A stretch of DNA of 64,000 nt, from positions 128,001 through 192,000 of the forward strand of contig CAWBNQ010000002.1 in NCBI GenBank assembly GCA_963790205.1, in the 5' to 3' direction. A model generated the notes under the pieces. The model was not told the DNA's origin and made no database searches. It saw nothing but the letters and a program-made list of their open reading frames with translations. The position numbers and the translations under genes were made by a program. The stretch comes from Nitrospirota bacterium (GTDB lineage: Bacteria > Nitrospirota > UBA9217). This document shows positions 1-8,834 of the stretch, piece after piece; the stretch's first letter is position 1, and each line of letters opens with the position of its first letter.

Positions 1-14
1 AGGAGGAGGCAGAC

Positions 15-947
15 ATGGCGCAATTTTATGACGCAATAATCATCGGGTCGGGCCCCGCCGGGCTTACGGCGGCGCTCTATCTCGGGAGGGCAGGCCAGAA
101 GAGCATTGTGCTCGAAAAGGATTTTGTAGGAGGCTACACCGCGAAGATCGCCCATATCGAGAACTACCCGGGTTACGAAACCATCAACGGCATGGACCTG
201 ACGCAGATCATGGCCAGACAGGCCGAGAAGTTCGGGGCGACGATCGTCTATCCCGTGGAGGTTGTGGCGATGGAGCTGCAGGGAGAGGTCAAACGCGTGC
301 GTACGCGCGAGGACGTCTATGAAGCCCATGTCGTCATCATCGCCATCGGAGTGGCCAGGAAAAAGCTCGAGGTCCCGGGCGCCAAGGAATTCCTCGGGAA
401 AGGCGTGTCCTATTGCGCCACGTGCGACGGCAATTTTTTCAAGGGAAGGAAGGTGGCCGTGGTCGGCTCGGACGATGAGGCCGCCGAGGAGGCCCTCCAT
501 CTCGCCGATCTTGCCGAGAAAGTGACCATGGTACCGCACAAGGAGCTCGACGTCGTGACCTCTGTCATGGACCGGCTCAAGTCCAGGACGAACGTGGAGA
601 TCCATCCGGTGGCGAAAATACATTCTGTCGTCGGAGACGAACTGGTCACGGGGCTGAAGATCATCCATGATAGCACCGAGAAAGTGATTCCCCTCGAAGG
701 CGTGTTCATCGCCATGGGGTCCACACCGATTGCCCAGCTCATTCTGAATGCGGGCGGCCGGGCCGACGACCGCGGCTGTCTGATCGTGGACAAGCACATG
801 CGGATGAACCTCGAAGGCGTGTTCGCCGCCGGGGACTGCACCTGCGGCGGCATGCAGATCGTTGCCGCGGCGGGCGAGGGCGCGGTTGCGGGCATGCGCG
901 CCGCGTCGTACGTGCGCAAGCTCAAGGCCAAGGCAGCAGGAAAGTAG
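15..947 (+). CDS. trxB: Thioredoxin reductase-like FAD-dependent disulfide oxidoreductase
   Basis: GSGPAG FAD motif, IENYPG, GVSYCATCDG redox CxxC, C-terminal FAAGD; AGGAGG RBS at 1-9. Confidence 0.9.
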   Translation: MAQFYDAIIIGSGPAGLTAALYLGRAGQKSIVLEKDFVGGYTAKIAHIENYPGYETINGMDLTQIMARQAEKFGATIVYPVEVVAMELQGEVKRVRTREDVYEAHVVIIAIGVARKKLEVPGAKEFLGKGVSYCATCDGNFFKGRKVAVVGSDDEAAEEALHLADLAEKVTMVPHKELDVVTSVMDRLKSRTNVEIHPVAKIHSVVGDELVTGLKIIHDSTEKVIPLEGVFIAMGSTPIAQLILNAGGRADDRGCLIVDKHMRMNLEGVFAAGDCTCGGMQIVAAAGEGAVAGMRAASYVRKLKAKAAGK

Positions 948-1075
948 CAAACTCCAAATCGCAAATTACAAATCCTGAATAAGCTCTAAATTTAAAATTC
1001 GAAAACGTTTCGGATATTTGAAATTTGGCAATTGAATATTATTTAGGATTTGGTGCTTGCGATTTGAAAATTTCC
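948..1075. repeat. Degenerate heptamer repeat tract in mirrored arrangement
   Basis: AAACTCC AAATCGC AAATTAC AAATCCT on the left; AGGATTT GGTGCTT GCGATTT on the right. Confidence 0.7.
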
Positions 1076-1088
1076 TATTGGGGTATTC

Positions 1089-2372
1089 ATGATCATCAAG
1101 GACATGCTGGGCCGTACCGGCGTTATTTCAAGGGAAGGGGCGCTGAAAACGCTTGAGACGCATCTTACGGTCCTGCCTCCTGCCGCCGAAAAAATTCATA
1201 TAAGCCAGTCTCTCGGCAGGGTCGTTGCCGGGGAAATACTCTCGCCTGAAGAGCTCCCTGAATTCGACCGCTCCACCATGGACGGCTACGCGGTCCGGAG
1301 CGCTGATACGTTCGGCGCTGCCGAGTCGCTCCCTGCGTTGCTCAAAGTCACGGGCGATATCCTCATGGGGACCATGCCCGAGCGCGGTATCGCGAAAGGC
1401 GAGGCCATGAAGATCGCGACCGGCGGCGCGTTGCCGTCCGGGGCGGATGCGGTGGTCATGTTCGAGCAGACCCAGCCCGTAGATACCGTAACCATTGAAG
1501 TGGTCAAACCTGTCGCCCCCCTCGAGAACGTGGTCCAGGCCGGAGACGATATAAAAAAGGGAGAGGTCATCCTTGCCCGCGGACACCGGATCCGGCCCCA
1601 GGACATGGCGGCCCTTGCCGGTGTGGGTATCACCGGCATCGAGGTTTTTGAAAGGCCGAAGGTCGCCGTCATATCCACGGGAAACGAGATCGTTCCCGCG
1701 GACAGCGTTCCCGCGCCCGGCCGGATTCGGGACAGCAATTCTTATAATCTTGAAGGCCTGATCTCTCAGTCAGGCGGAGTTCCTGTAAAGATGGGCATCA
1801 TCCCTGATGAGTACGGCCGTTTGCGTGAAACTTTTGCAACTGCAATCAAGGACAGTGTGCTTGTTCTCATGACCGGCGGCAGCTCTGTCGGCACCGCGGA
1901 TCTGACCGCGAAGGTAATCAATGATACGGGACGGCCAGGCGTGCTGGTGCACGGCGTTTCGATCAAGCCGGGAAAGCCGCTTATTATCGGTATGGTCGGA
2001 ACCCCCGGCAGGCAGGTGCCGGTATTCGGGTTGCCGGGCCATCCGGCCGCGGTCAGCATCTGTTTCGATCTCTTTGTGAAGCCGATCCTCGTTCGTTTGA
2101 CCGGAGCAGTCCCTCATCCCGCGCTTGAGGGCATTCCGTCCAATCGCGTGGTAAGGGCCCGCCTTGCCCGGAGCATTGCATCCAGTCCGGGCCGGGAAGA
2201 CCACGTGCGCGTGGTGCTTGAAAAAAGGGATGACGGGCTCTGGGCCAGGCCTGTCTTCGGCGCGTCGGGGCTCATCAGCACGCTGGTCAAAGCTCTCGGC
2301 ACGGTCGTGGTCCCGGTCAACAAGATAGGGGTCGAGGCAGGCGAGGAAGTGGAAGTGAGGTTGTTCGCATGA
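1089..2372 (+). CDS. moeA: Molybdopterin molybdotransferase MoeA (gephyrin-like)
   Basis: STMDGYAVR, IATGG, STGNE, GGSSVG, IKPGKP, GLPGHP motifs. Confidence 0.93.
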   Translation: MIIKDMLGRTGVISREGALKTLETHLTVLPPAAEKIHISQSLGRVVAGEILSPEELPEFDRSTMDGYAVRSADTFGAAESLPALLKVTGDILMGTMPERGIAKGEAMKIATGGALPSGADAVVMFEQTQPVDTVTIEVVKPVAPLENVVQAGDDIKKGEVILARGHRIRPQDMAALAGVGITGIEVFERPKVAVISTGNEIVPADSVPAPGRIRDSNSYNLEGLISQSGGVPVKMGIIPDEYGRLRETFATAIKDSVLVLMTGGSSVGTADLTAKVINDTGRPGVLVHGVSIKPGKPLIIGMVGTPGRQVPVFGLPGHPAAVSICFDLFVKPILVRLTGAVPHPALEGIPSNRVVRARLARSIASSPGREDHVRVVLEKRDDGLWARPVFGASGLISTLVKALGTVVVPVNKIGVEAGEEVEVRLFA

Positions 2373-2552
2373 GCGCGGAGTGCGCCCCGCACTCGCGCCA
2401 GGCACGATACTTAGACCCATTGTCGTACCATCTCGCTGAGAATCGCGAGACGGGAATCAAGGGCCTCATAAACCCGGGCGCAGGCGGGATGCGGAATAAA
2501 GAACGGCAGGATTGAGCGAAGGAATACGCATCGATCGACACCAGATAATCCT

Positions 2553-4484
2553 ATGGCATTCAAACAAAAAAAATATCTCGATAACCGGCCTCTTGCTGAT
2601 GCAATTCAGAAATACAGCGACGCATTGAAGGCGGCCGACATCGGCGGGCCGCTCCCGGGAGAACGCATCCTGATCGGCGACGCCCTGGGCCGGGTTACGT
2701 CCGAGGCGGTGATCGCGAAGATCTCGTCTCCCTTTTATCATTCCGCGGCCATGGACGGGTATGCTGTCCGGTTCATCGACACCTTTGGCGCATCGGACAC
2801 GAAACCCAAGCGTCTCCCGGCCCCTTCGCAGGCCATTGCGATAGATACCGGCGACCCCATGCCCGATGGTTTCAATGCCGTGATCATGATCGAGGACGTG
2901 GAAAAGATCTCCGAGGCCGAGATCGAGATATTGAAACCCGCGACCCCGTGGCAGCACGTGCGCCTGGTGGGCGAGGACATCGTTGCCACGGAGCTCATCA
3001 TTTCCGAGAACCACGTGGTCCGTCCCGTTGACCTGGCGGCGATGATCGCGAGCGGTCACGCCGGGGTCTGGGTGCGCAAGAGACCGGTGGTCTCCATCAT
3101 TCCCACCGGGACCGAGCTCGTGGAACCCGGAAGCGATCCGAAAAAAGGCGATATCATCGATTTCAACTCGACCATGCTCGCGGCAATGGCCACGGAGTAC
3201 GGCGCCCACGCAGTACGAAAGAACATCGTGCGGGACAATGCCGACCAACTCCGGAAGACCATCCTGGAGGCTCTTTCCGGCTCCGATATCGTCGTGATCA
3301 ACGCGGGGTCATCCGCAGGCAGGGAGGATTTTACCGCTGATACGATCTCCTCGCTCGGCGAGGTCATTGTGCACGGCGTAGCGATCAAGCCGGGCAAGCC
3401 CGTGATTCTCGGCATTGTGAAGAACAAACCGGTGATCGGGATCCCGGGTTACCCGGTCTCCGCGGCGCTCACGTTCAACCTTTTTGTCAAACCGCTCGTC
3501 TCTTCGCTCCTGGGCCTGAAATTTCCTGCCCCGGAAACGATTGCGGCAAAGCTCAGCAGGCAGGTGGCCTCTTCGCTCGGGCAGGAGGAGTTCATCCGCG
3601 TGAAACTCGGGAGCGTATCGGGAAGTCTCATTGCCACGCCCGTGACCAGGGGCGCGGGCGCACTGATGTCGCTCGTCCGGGCCGACGGCTTTATCCGCGT
3701 ACCGTCGGCCAGCGAGGGGATAGCGGCAGGCCAGGAGGTGACGGTCGAGCTTCTGCGGAATGCACGCGAGATCGAGAACACCATCGTCTGCATCGGTTCT
3801 CATGACAATGCTCTTGACGTGCTCGCAAATTTTCTCAAGAAAAAACATCCCGAGTTTTCGCTCTCATCGGCCCACGTGGGCAGCATGGGCGGACTCCTTG
3901 CCTTGAAGCGCGGAGAGGCGCACCTTGCCGGGACCCATCTGCTCGATGAAGCGACGGGTGAATATAATGTCAGCTACATCAAGAAACTGCTTCCCGGGAT
4001 GCCTGTGGTGCTCGTGAACCTCGTGTACCGGACGCAGGGGTTCATCGTTCCCAAAGGCAATCCCAAGGGCATCAGGGGGTTTGAAGACCTGACGAAGCCC
4101 AATGTCGTTTTCGTGAACCGTCAGGCCGGCGCCGGCACGAGGCTGCTCACGGACCTGTATCTGAAAAAATTGCAGATTGACCCGGAGCGCGTAAACGGGT
4201 ATGATCACGAGGAATATACGCACATGGCCGTGGCGGCGGCGGTGCTTTCGGGCGCGGCGGACACCGGGCTTGCGGTGCTTTCCGCGGCCCAGGCGCTCAA
4301 CCTCGATTTTATTCCTGTCGCGCAGGAACGGTATGACCTTGCGATCCCGCAGAAGTTCTACGATATTCCGATGATGCAGGTCCTGCTGGGGATCATTCGG
4401 GAAGACAGGGCGTTCCGCGACCGGATTGTCGGCATGGGCGGATATGACGCGAGCGAAATGGGGAACGTTATCGGCGTCTATTGA
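2553..4484 (+). CDS. moeA: MoeA paralogue fused to a C-terminal periplasmic-binding-protein-type (LysR substrate-binding-like) domain
   Basis: AAMDGYAV, IKPGKP, GIPGYPVS, then GSHD, GSMGGL, FVNRQAGAGTR, ERYDL. Confidence 0.9.
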   Translation: MAFKQKKYLDNRPLADAIQKYSDALKAADIGGPLPGERILIGDALGRVTSEAVIAKISSPFYHSAAMDGYAVRFIDTFGASDTKPKRLPAPSQAIAIDTGDPMPDGFNAVIMIEDVEKISEAEIEILKPATPWQHVRLVGEDIVATELIISENHVVRPVDLAAMIASGHAGVWVRKRPVVSIIPTGTELVEPGSDPKKGDIIDFNSTMLAAMATEYGAHAVRKNIVRDNADQLRKTILEALSGSDIVVINAGSSAGREDFTADTISSLGEVIVHGVAIKPGKPVILGIVKNKPVIGIPGYPVSAALTFNLFVKPLVSSLLGLKFPAPETIAAKLSRQVASSLGQEEFIRVKLGSVSGSLIATPVTRGAGALMSLVRADGFIRVPSASEGIAAGQEVTVELLRNAREIENTIVCIGSHDNALDVLANFLKKKHPEFSLSSAHVGSMGGLLALKRGEAHLAGTHLLDEATGEYNVSYIKKLLPGMPVVLVNLVYRTQGFIVPKGNPKGIRGFEDLTKPNVVFVNRQAGAGTRLLTDLYLKKLQIDPERVNGYDHEEYTHMAVAAAVLSGAADTGLAVLSAAQALNLDFIPVAQERYDLAIPQKFYDIPMMQVLLGIIREDRAFRDRIVGMGGYDASEMGNVIGVY

Positions 4485-4540
4485 CGCCGGATTGGAAATT
4501 TCCAATATTCAATTTACCATCGGTTACGGAGGTATTGTAC

Positions 4541-5257
4541 ATGTTCGCAATAGCAGTGATGCCCGGATCGGGCATGGGAGCACTCGGTCTTTTCGGGGAG
4601 ACCGGGTTGGTCGGCAAGGGGATCGTGATCATTCTCCTTGGTTTTTCCGTCGTGTCCTGGGCCATGATCCTGCTCAAGTATCAATTTTTACGGAGGGCCG
4701 AGAAGGAGTCGCATGCCTTCCTCGCGGCATACCGGAAGACCAAGAACATCGAAGACCTCACCAGGCATGCGGAATCGAAGAAGTACAGCCCCCTTGCCAC
4801 GCTCTTCATCGAAGGCCTCCGGGAGGCCGAGACGATCATAAAAACCCTGCCCGATGGTCGCGTGAGCGAGGAAGAGCGGCCGCTCATCTCCCAGGAGATC
4901 GAGCGCTCGCTCAAGATCACGACGCAGGACGAGATCGTGTATATGGAGCGATACCTGGCGTTCCTCGGGACGACGGGGACCGTGGGGCCGCTCCTCGGGC
5001 TCTTCGGCACGGTCTGGGGAATCATGGACGCTTTTTACGGTATCGGGCTCAAGGGCGCCGGCGACATCGGCGCGTTGGCGCCGGGGCTGGCGGCCGCGCT
5101 CATCAACACGATCTCCGGTCTCTTCGTGGCCATCCCCGCCGTGATCGCCTACAATTATTTCGCCGACAAGATCCGCGACATCGCGATCCGGTGCGATTCA
5201 TTCTCCATGGAGTTTCTGAGCTATCTTGAGCGGAACCTGCTCCGGAGGAAGCCATGA
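4541..5257 (+). CDS. tolQ: TolQ (MotA/TolQ/ExbB proton channel)
   Basis: PLLGLFGTVWGIMDAF and GLFVAIPAVIAYN; start set at ATG 4541 behind GGAGG. Confidence 0.9.
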   Translation: MFAIAVMPGSGMGALGLFGETGLVGKGIVIILLGFSVVSWAMILLKYQFLRRAEKESHAFLAAYRKTKNIEDLTRHAESKKYSPLATLFIEGLREAETIIKTLPDGRVSEEERPLISQEIERSLKITTQDEIVYMERYLAFLGTTGTVGPLLGLFGTVWGIMDAFYGIGLKGAGDIGALAPGLAAALINTISGLFVAIPAVIAYNYFADKIRDIAIRCDSFSMEFLSYLERNLLRRKP

Positions 5258-5673
5258 GCTTTGAGCGAAGGGAGAGGCACATCATCCGGGAGCTCAATCT
5301 CGTGCCGCTCATCGACGTGCTGCTGACCGTGCTCTTCTTCTACATGATCGTCTCGCCCATGATGAGCCGCGGTCTCGACGTGAACCTGCCCAAGTCCGAG
5401 GCCAATACGGTAAAACCCGAAGACCGGATCGTGCTTACGGTGACCCGCAACCAGGAGCTCTTTGTGGAGAAAGAGCGCGTGGACATCTCGAAGCTCAAGG
5501 GTGTGCTCGCTTCCATCAGGAGAGCAAAACCGCAGGTCAACGTCTACCTCCGGGCCGACCGCGACGCGCCCTACGGCGCCGTGGTGCAGGTCATGGACGT
5601 CGTAAAACGCGCCGGGATCGACCGGCTCGGCATGGTGACCGAGCCCGCGACGGAGGGCGTGTCCGGCAAATGA
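5254..5673 (+). CDS. tolR: TolR (ExbD family)
   Basis: LNLVPLIDVLL, VNLPK, LRADRDAPYG; overlaps the tolQ stop. Confidence 0.9.
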   Translation: MSFERRERHIIRELNLVPLIDVLLTVLFFYMIVSPMMSRGLDVNLPKSEANTVKPEDRIVLTVTRNQELFVEKERVDISKLKGVLASIRRAKPQVNVYLRADRDAPYGAVVQVMDVVKRAGIDRLGMVTEPATEGVSGK

Positions 5674-6449
5674 AACTGTCCTCCGGAAAGAGGATCGGTC
5701 AGTCCGGCAGGGAACTCGCGGCAGCGGCTTTCTTTTCTTTTTTTCTTCATGGGATCCTTCTTGCCGCCGCCCTTCTCTACCTGCACGCAACTCCGAAGAC
5801 GCACCTGCCGCCGTTCTATGATGTAAAGCTTGTAGGCCAGCCGGCGGCGCCCGCGGAACTTCCTCAAACGCCTCCGCGGGCGGGTCAGCCCGCGCCTTCG
5901 AAACAGGTGGCAAAGGCCTCGCCGAAAAAAGGGAAAAAATCCGCCCCGAAAGCGTACAAGGCGCAGGCAAAAAAGAGCGTCCTTCCGAAAGTGTTCAAGG
6001 CGCAGGCAAACAAGGGCGCCCTGCCGGAGTTGGCGAAGCCGCAACAGAAACCCGCGGAAATGGCACGGGAGCAGCCGCCGCAACCGGCGGGCGGGACCCC
6101 AAGCGGAGCAACAGGGACCGGGGCGAAGGGCGAGAATGTTGAGGTGACCGCATCTCAGCAGAACTTCAAGGACGCCTGGTATCTCTTGCTCGTTCGCGAT
6201 AAGATAGGGCAAAACTGGAGGCCGCCGCCGGATGCTAAAGATGCCAAGGTAAGGGTCATATTTACAATCAATAGATCCGGCTGGACAAGTCCCAGTGATG
6301 TAAATATCGATGAAAAAAATTCCACCGGCACGTATGGATTTAAGCTGGCGGCAGTGCGGGCGATACTTTCATCCAAGCCATTTCCCCAGCTTCCTGACGA
6401 CTTTCCGAAACAGACGTTAGAGCTGAGCGTGGATTTGATGGCGGAGTAA
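5670..6449 (+). CDS. tolA: TolA/TonB-like protein
   Basis: N-terminal TM with SxxLH motif, Pro/Lys/Ala-rich linker, C-terminal KIGQNWRPP...PFPQLP domain; lies between tolR and tolB. Confidence 0.8.
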   Translation: MKLSSGKRIGQSGRELAAAAFFSFFLHGILLAAALLYLHATPKTHLPPFYDVKLVGQPAAPAELPQTPPRAGQPAPSKQVAKASPKKGKKSAPKAYKAQAKKSVLPKVFKAQANKGALPELAKPQQKPAEMAREQPPQPAGGTPSGATGTGAKGENVEVTASQQNFKDAWYLLLVRDKIGQNWRPPPDAKDAKVRVIFTINRSGWTSPSDVNIDEKNSTGTYGFKLAAVRAILSSKPFPQLPDDFPKQTLELSVDLMAE

Positions 6450-6554
6450 GTAAAGCGCCAGTTTGTCGTTGATGGCCCCTCCGTACCGGCATTTGCCGCG
6501 AACGATGGGCTGCGACCGCTTTGTTGAACCAGGAGCCAAGAGCTGTTTTCTGCC

Positions 6555-7844
6555 ATGCGGAAATATATACTATCAATCATAGTCATCCTTGCGCTGCTCC
6601 TGACCGCCGGTGCGGCACGCTCCCAATACTACCTCGGCGTTATCCAGGGGGAGGCCAGGAAAATACCGGTCACCGTGCTCGATATCTCCAATGAGACGGG
6701 CAATCCAAAACTCCGGACGCAGGCCCTTGAGATACTGCAGGCGGACCTGCGCCGCTCCCAGATCTTCGAAGTCATGGACCCGGCGAAGCTCGATCTTGCC
6801 TATGCGCAGAGGGGCGAGCCGGCCGAAGAGGTGATCAAGCGCGCCGGGACCTTCGGCGTCACCGGAGTTGTCTGGGCGTCCCTTCAGCGGAAAGGAGGCG
6901 AACTCATGCTGGCCGGAAGGCTTTATGACGCCGCCTCGGGCATGAAAATGACGAGCAAGGACTATCTCGGCAACGAGGACACCTTCCGGAGGATGATCCA
7001 TTCTTTTGCCGACGAGATCGTGTCCCGTTACACCGGCGAGAAGGGCATTGCGCGGACCCGTATCGCTTACGTATCGGACAAGACCGGGTACAAGGAACTC
7101 TATATCATGGACTATGACGGTTCGAACCCCCTGAAGGTCACCGCCGACCGGTCCATCTGTCTCTCCCCGGCCTGGAAACCTGACGGTAAGGAGCTTGTTT
7201 ACGTGTCCTATCGCGACCGAAACCCCGATCTCTACGGCCTGGACATGGAAACCGGCAAACGCTGGAAAATATCGGGGCACGAAGGTCTGAACATCTCGCC
7301 GGCGTGGTCTCCGAACGGAAAGCGCCTGGCCCTTGCGCTGAGCAAAGACGGCAGCGCCGAGATCTATACCATGGGCAGCAACGGCAACGATCTGGAGAGG
7401 CTTACCTACGGCGATTACGACAATGTTTCGCCTGCCTGGGCGCCGAACGGCAGGGAGATCGTCTTCAACTCGGGCCGGGCAGGGACGCCGCAGCTCTATA
7501 TCATGAACGCCGACGGGACGGACGTGCGCCGTATCACGTTCGACGGAGCATATAACGCCTCCCCGGACTGGTCGCCGCGGGGGGATAAGATCGTATTTGT
7601 TTCGCAGGTGCGAGGGCTGTTCAAAATCGCGACCGTGAACCCCGACGGATCGGATTTTCGGCTGCTTACGGACGGTCCGGGGAACGACGAAAACCCCTCG
7701 TGGTCGCCCTCCGGCAGGCAGATCGTGTTCAGCTCGAACCGTGCAGGCAGGTCCGGCGTCTACATCATGAACGCCGACGGCACGGACATCGAGCGTATCA
7801 CGCCGAATGACGCGAATTACACCTCGCCAGCCTGGTCGCCCTGA
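6555..7844 (+). CDS. tolB: Tol-Pal beta-propeller protein TolB
   Basis: Signal peptide, TRIAYVSD, repeated SPAWSP(N/D)G (PD40) blades. Confidence 0.93.
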   Translation: MRKYILSIIVILALLLTAGAARSQYYLGVIQGEARKIPVTVLDISNETGNPKLRTQALEILQADLRRSQIFEVMDPAKLDLAYAQRGEPAEEVIKRAGTFGVTGVVWASLQRKGGELMLAGRLYDAASGMKMTSKDYLGNEDTFRRMIHSFADEIVSRYTGEKGIARTRIAYVSDKTGYKELYIMDYDGSNPLKVTADRSICLSPAWKPDGKELVYVSYRDRNPDLYGLDMETGKRWKISGHEGLNISPAWSPNGKRLALALSKDGSAEIYTMGSNGNDLERLTYGDYDNVSPAWAPNGREIVFNSGRAGTPQLYIMNADGTDVRRITFDGAYNASPDWSPRGDKIVFVSQVRGLFKIATVNPDGSDFRLLTDGPGNDENPSWSPSGRQIVFSSNRAGRSGVYIMNADGTDIERITPNDANYTSPAWSP

Positions 7845-7916
7845 AAGACTTGTCCACGCAAAGGACCCTGTCCGGCGCCGCAGTGGCCTCCTTGGTTGTG
7901 GCAGGAACGGAGCGCG

Positions 7917-8000
7917 GAACATGGCGACGACGTGGAAAGGCTCCTCAATAAAGCCGACCGCGCCATGTATCGCGTCAAGGAAAGCGGCAGCGGCGGCTAT
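7917..8000 (+). pseudogene. C-terminal remnant of a GGDEF (diguanylate cyclase) domain
   Basis: EHGDDVERLLNKADRAMYRVKESG resembles the GGDEF C-terminal helix (LLxxADxAMYxAK); the rest of the domain is absent. Confidence 0.6.
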
Positions 8001-8222
8001 GGCTCTGCGGCGACCTCAGGAATGCCTCGTCCCATTGATAACCCTCTGAGCTCTCATCCGCCTTTTGTATTATTCCTCGCCTTCACCTCTTTTCATCAAA
8101 TGCTCGCAGCGTCATGGTATACTACTAATAACAGATTCACCAATGCGATTGCCGCAGCATGATATGGTATATTTTCGTGGAAGAAGCGGCCTGCGCCAGT
8201 GAAGGCAGCATAGATCGGGCGG

Positions 8223-8675
8223 ATGAATATGCCTCATTTCGGGCTGATGGACGAAGAAGCTCTTGGCCCCGTTCGTGGCCCTTTGCAGCGCGCACGGCTC
8301 CACATCCGGGGAGGCAGGCGCCGTCTCCGGCAGGGCAAGATCTCAGCGGGGATCGTGACGCTTTATGACGCGCTGGAAGGGGCCATGCGGTCCTATATAG
8401 GGGATCCCGCACGCCTTGCAAAGCTCGCAGTCGGAAACAATGACGACCTGAACAACGATAAAGCGTTATATGCTGTGCTCGTCCGCGCGGGAGTGATCAA
8501 CGGCAAGTTCGATTTTGAAGCTTTCGACCGGTTGTTAGAGCGCGCTTTGCGCGAGGAGATGCCCGAATATGATTACCGGGAACTGCTATCCGGCATCGAG
8601 GCGGTGATGACCCAACTCGGCGTGATGCCCTTTGATGAGACCCTTCTCCCACCCGAAGATCCCAAGACGTTTTAA
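8223..8675 (+). CDS. Hypothetical protein (150 aa)
   Basis: Protein-like composition and GC3-biased codons; no motif recognised. Confidence 0.7.
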   Translation: MNMPHFGLMDEEALGPVRGPLQRARLHIRGGRRRLRQGKISAGIVTLYDALEGAMRSYIGDPARLAKLAVGNNDDLNNDKALYAVLVRAGVINGKFDFEAFDRLLERALREEMPEYDYRELLSGIEAVMTQLGVMPFDETLLPPEDPKTF

Positions 8676-8716
8676 ATTTTGGAAGAGAGCAGCATGACGA
8701 AACACAGAGGACCGTC

Positions 8717-8820
8717 AAAATTCCAAATTCGAAACTCTAAATCCCGAACAATTTCAAGTTTGAAAAATTCTGACATCCGGGTTTCGAGGTTGTTTTGAGT
8801 CTGGAATTTCGTGTTTCGAG
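8717..8820. repeat. Degenerate heptamer repeat tract in mirrored arrangement
   Basis: AAATTCC AAATTCG AAACTCT AAATCCC on the left; GGAATTT CGTGTTT on the right. Confidence 0.65.
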
Positions 8821-8834
8821 CGTTAAGCCCAATT

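Noticed and set aside
1089..4484. Tandem moeA paralogues as unusual
   Set aside because: A moeA plus moeA-PBP pair is common in anaerobic bacteria and archaea
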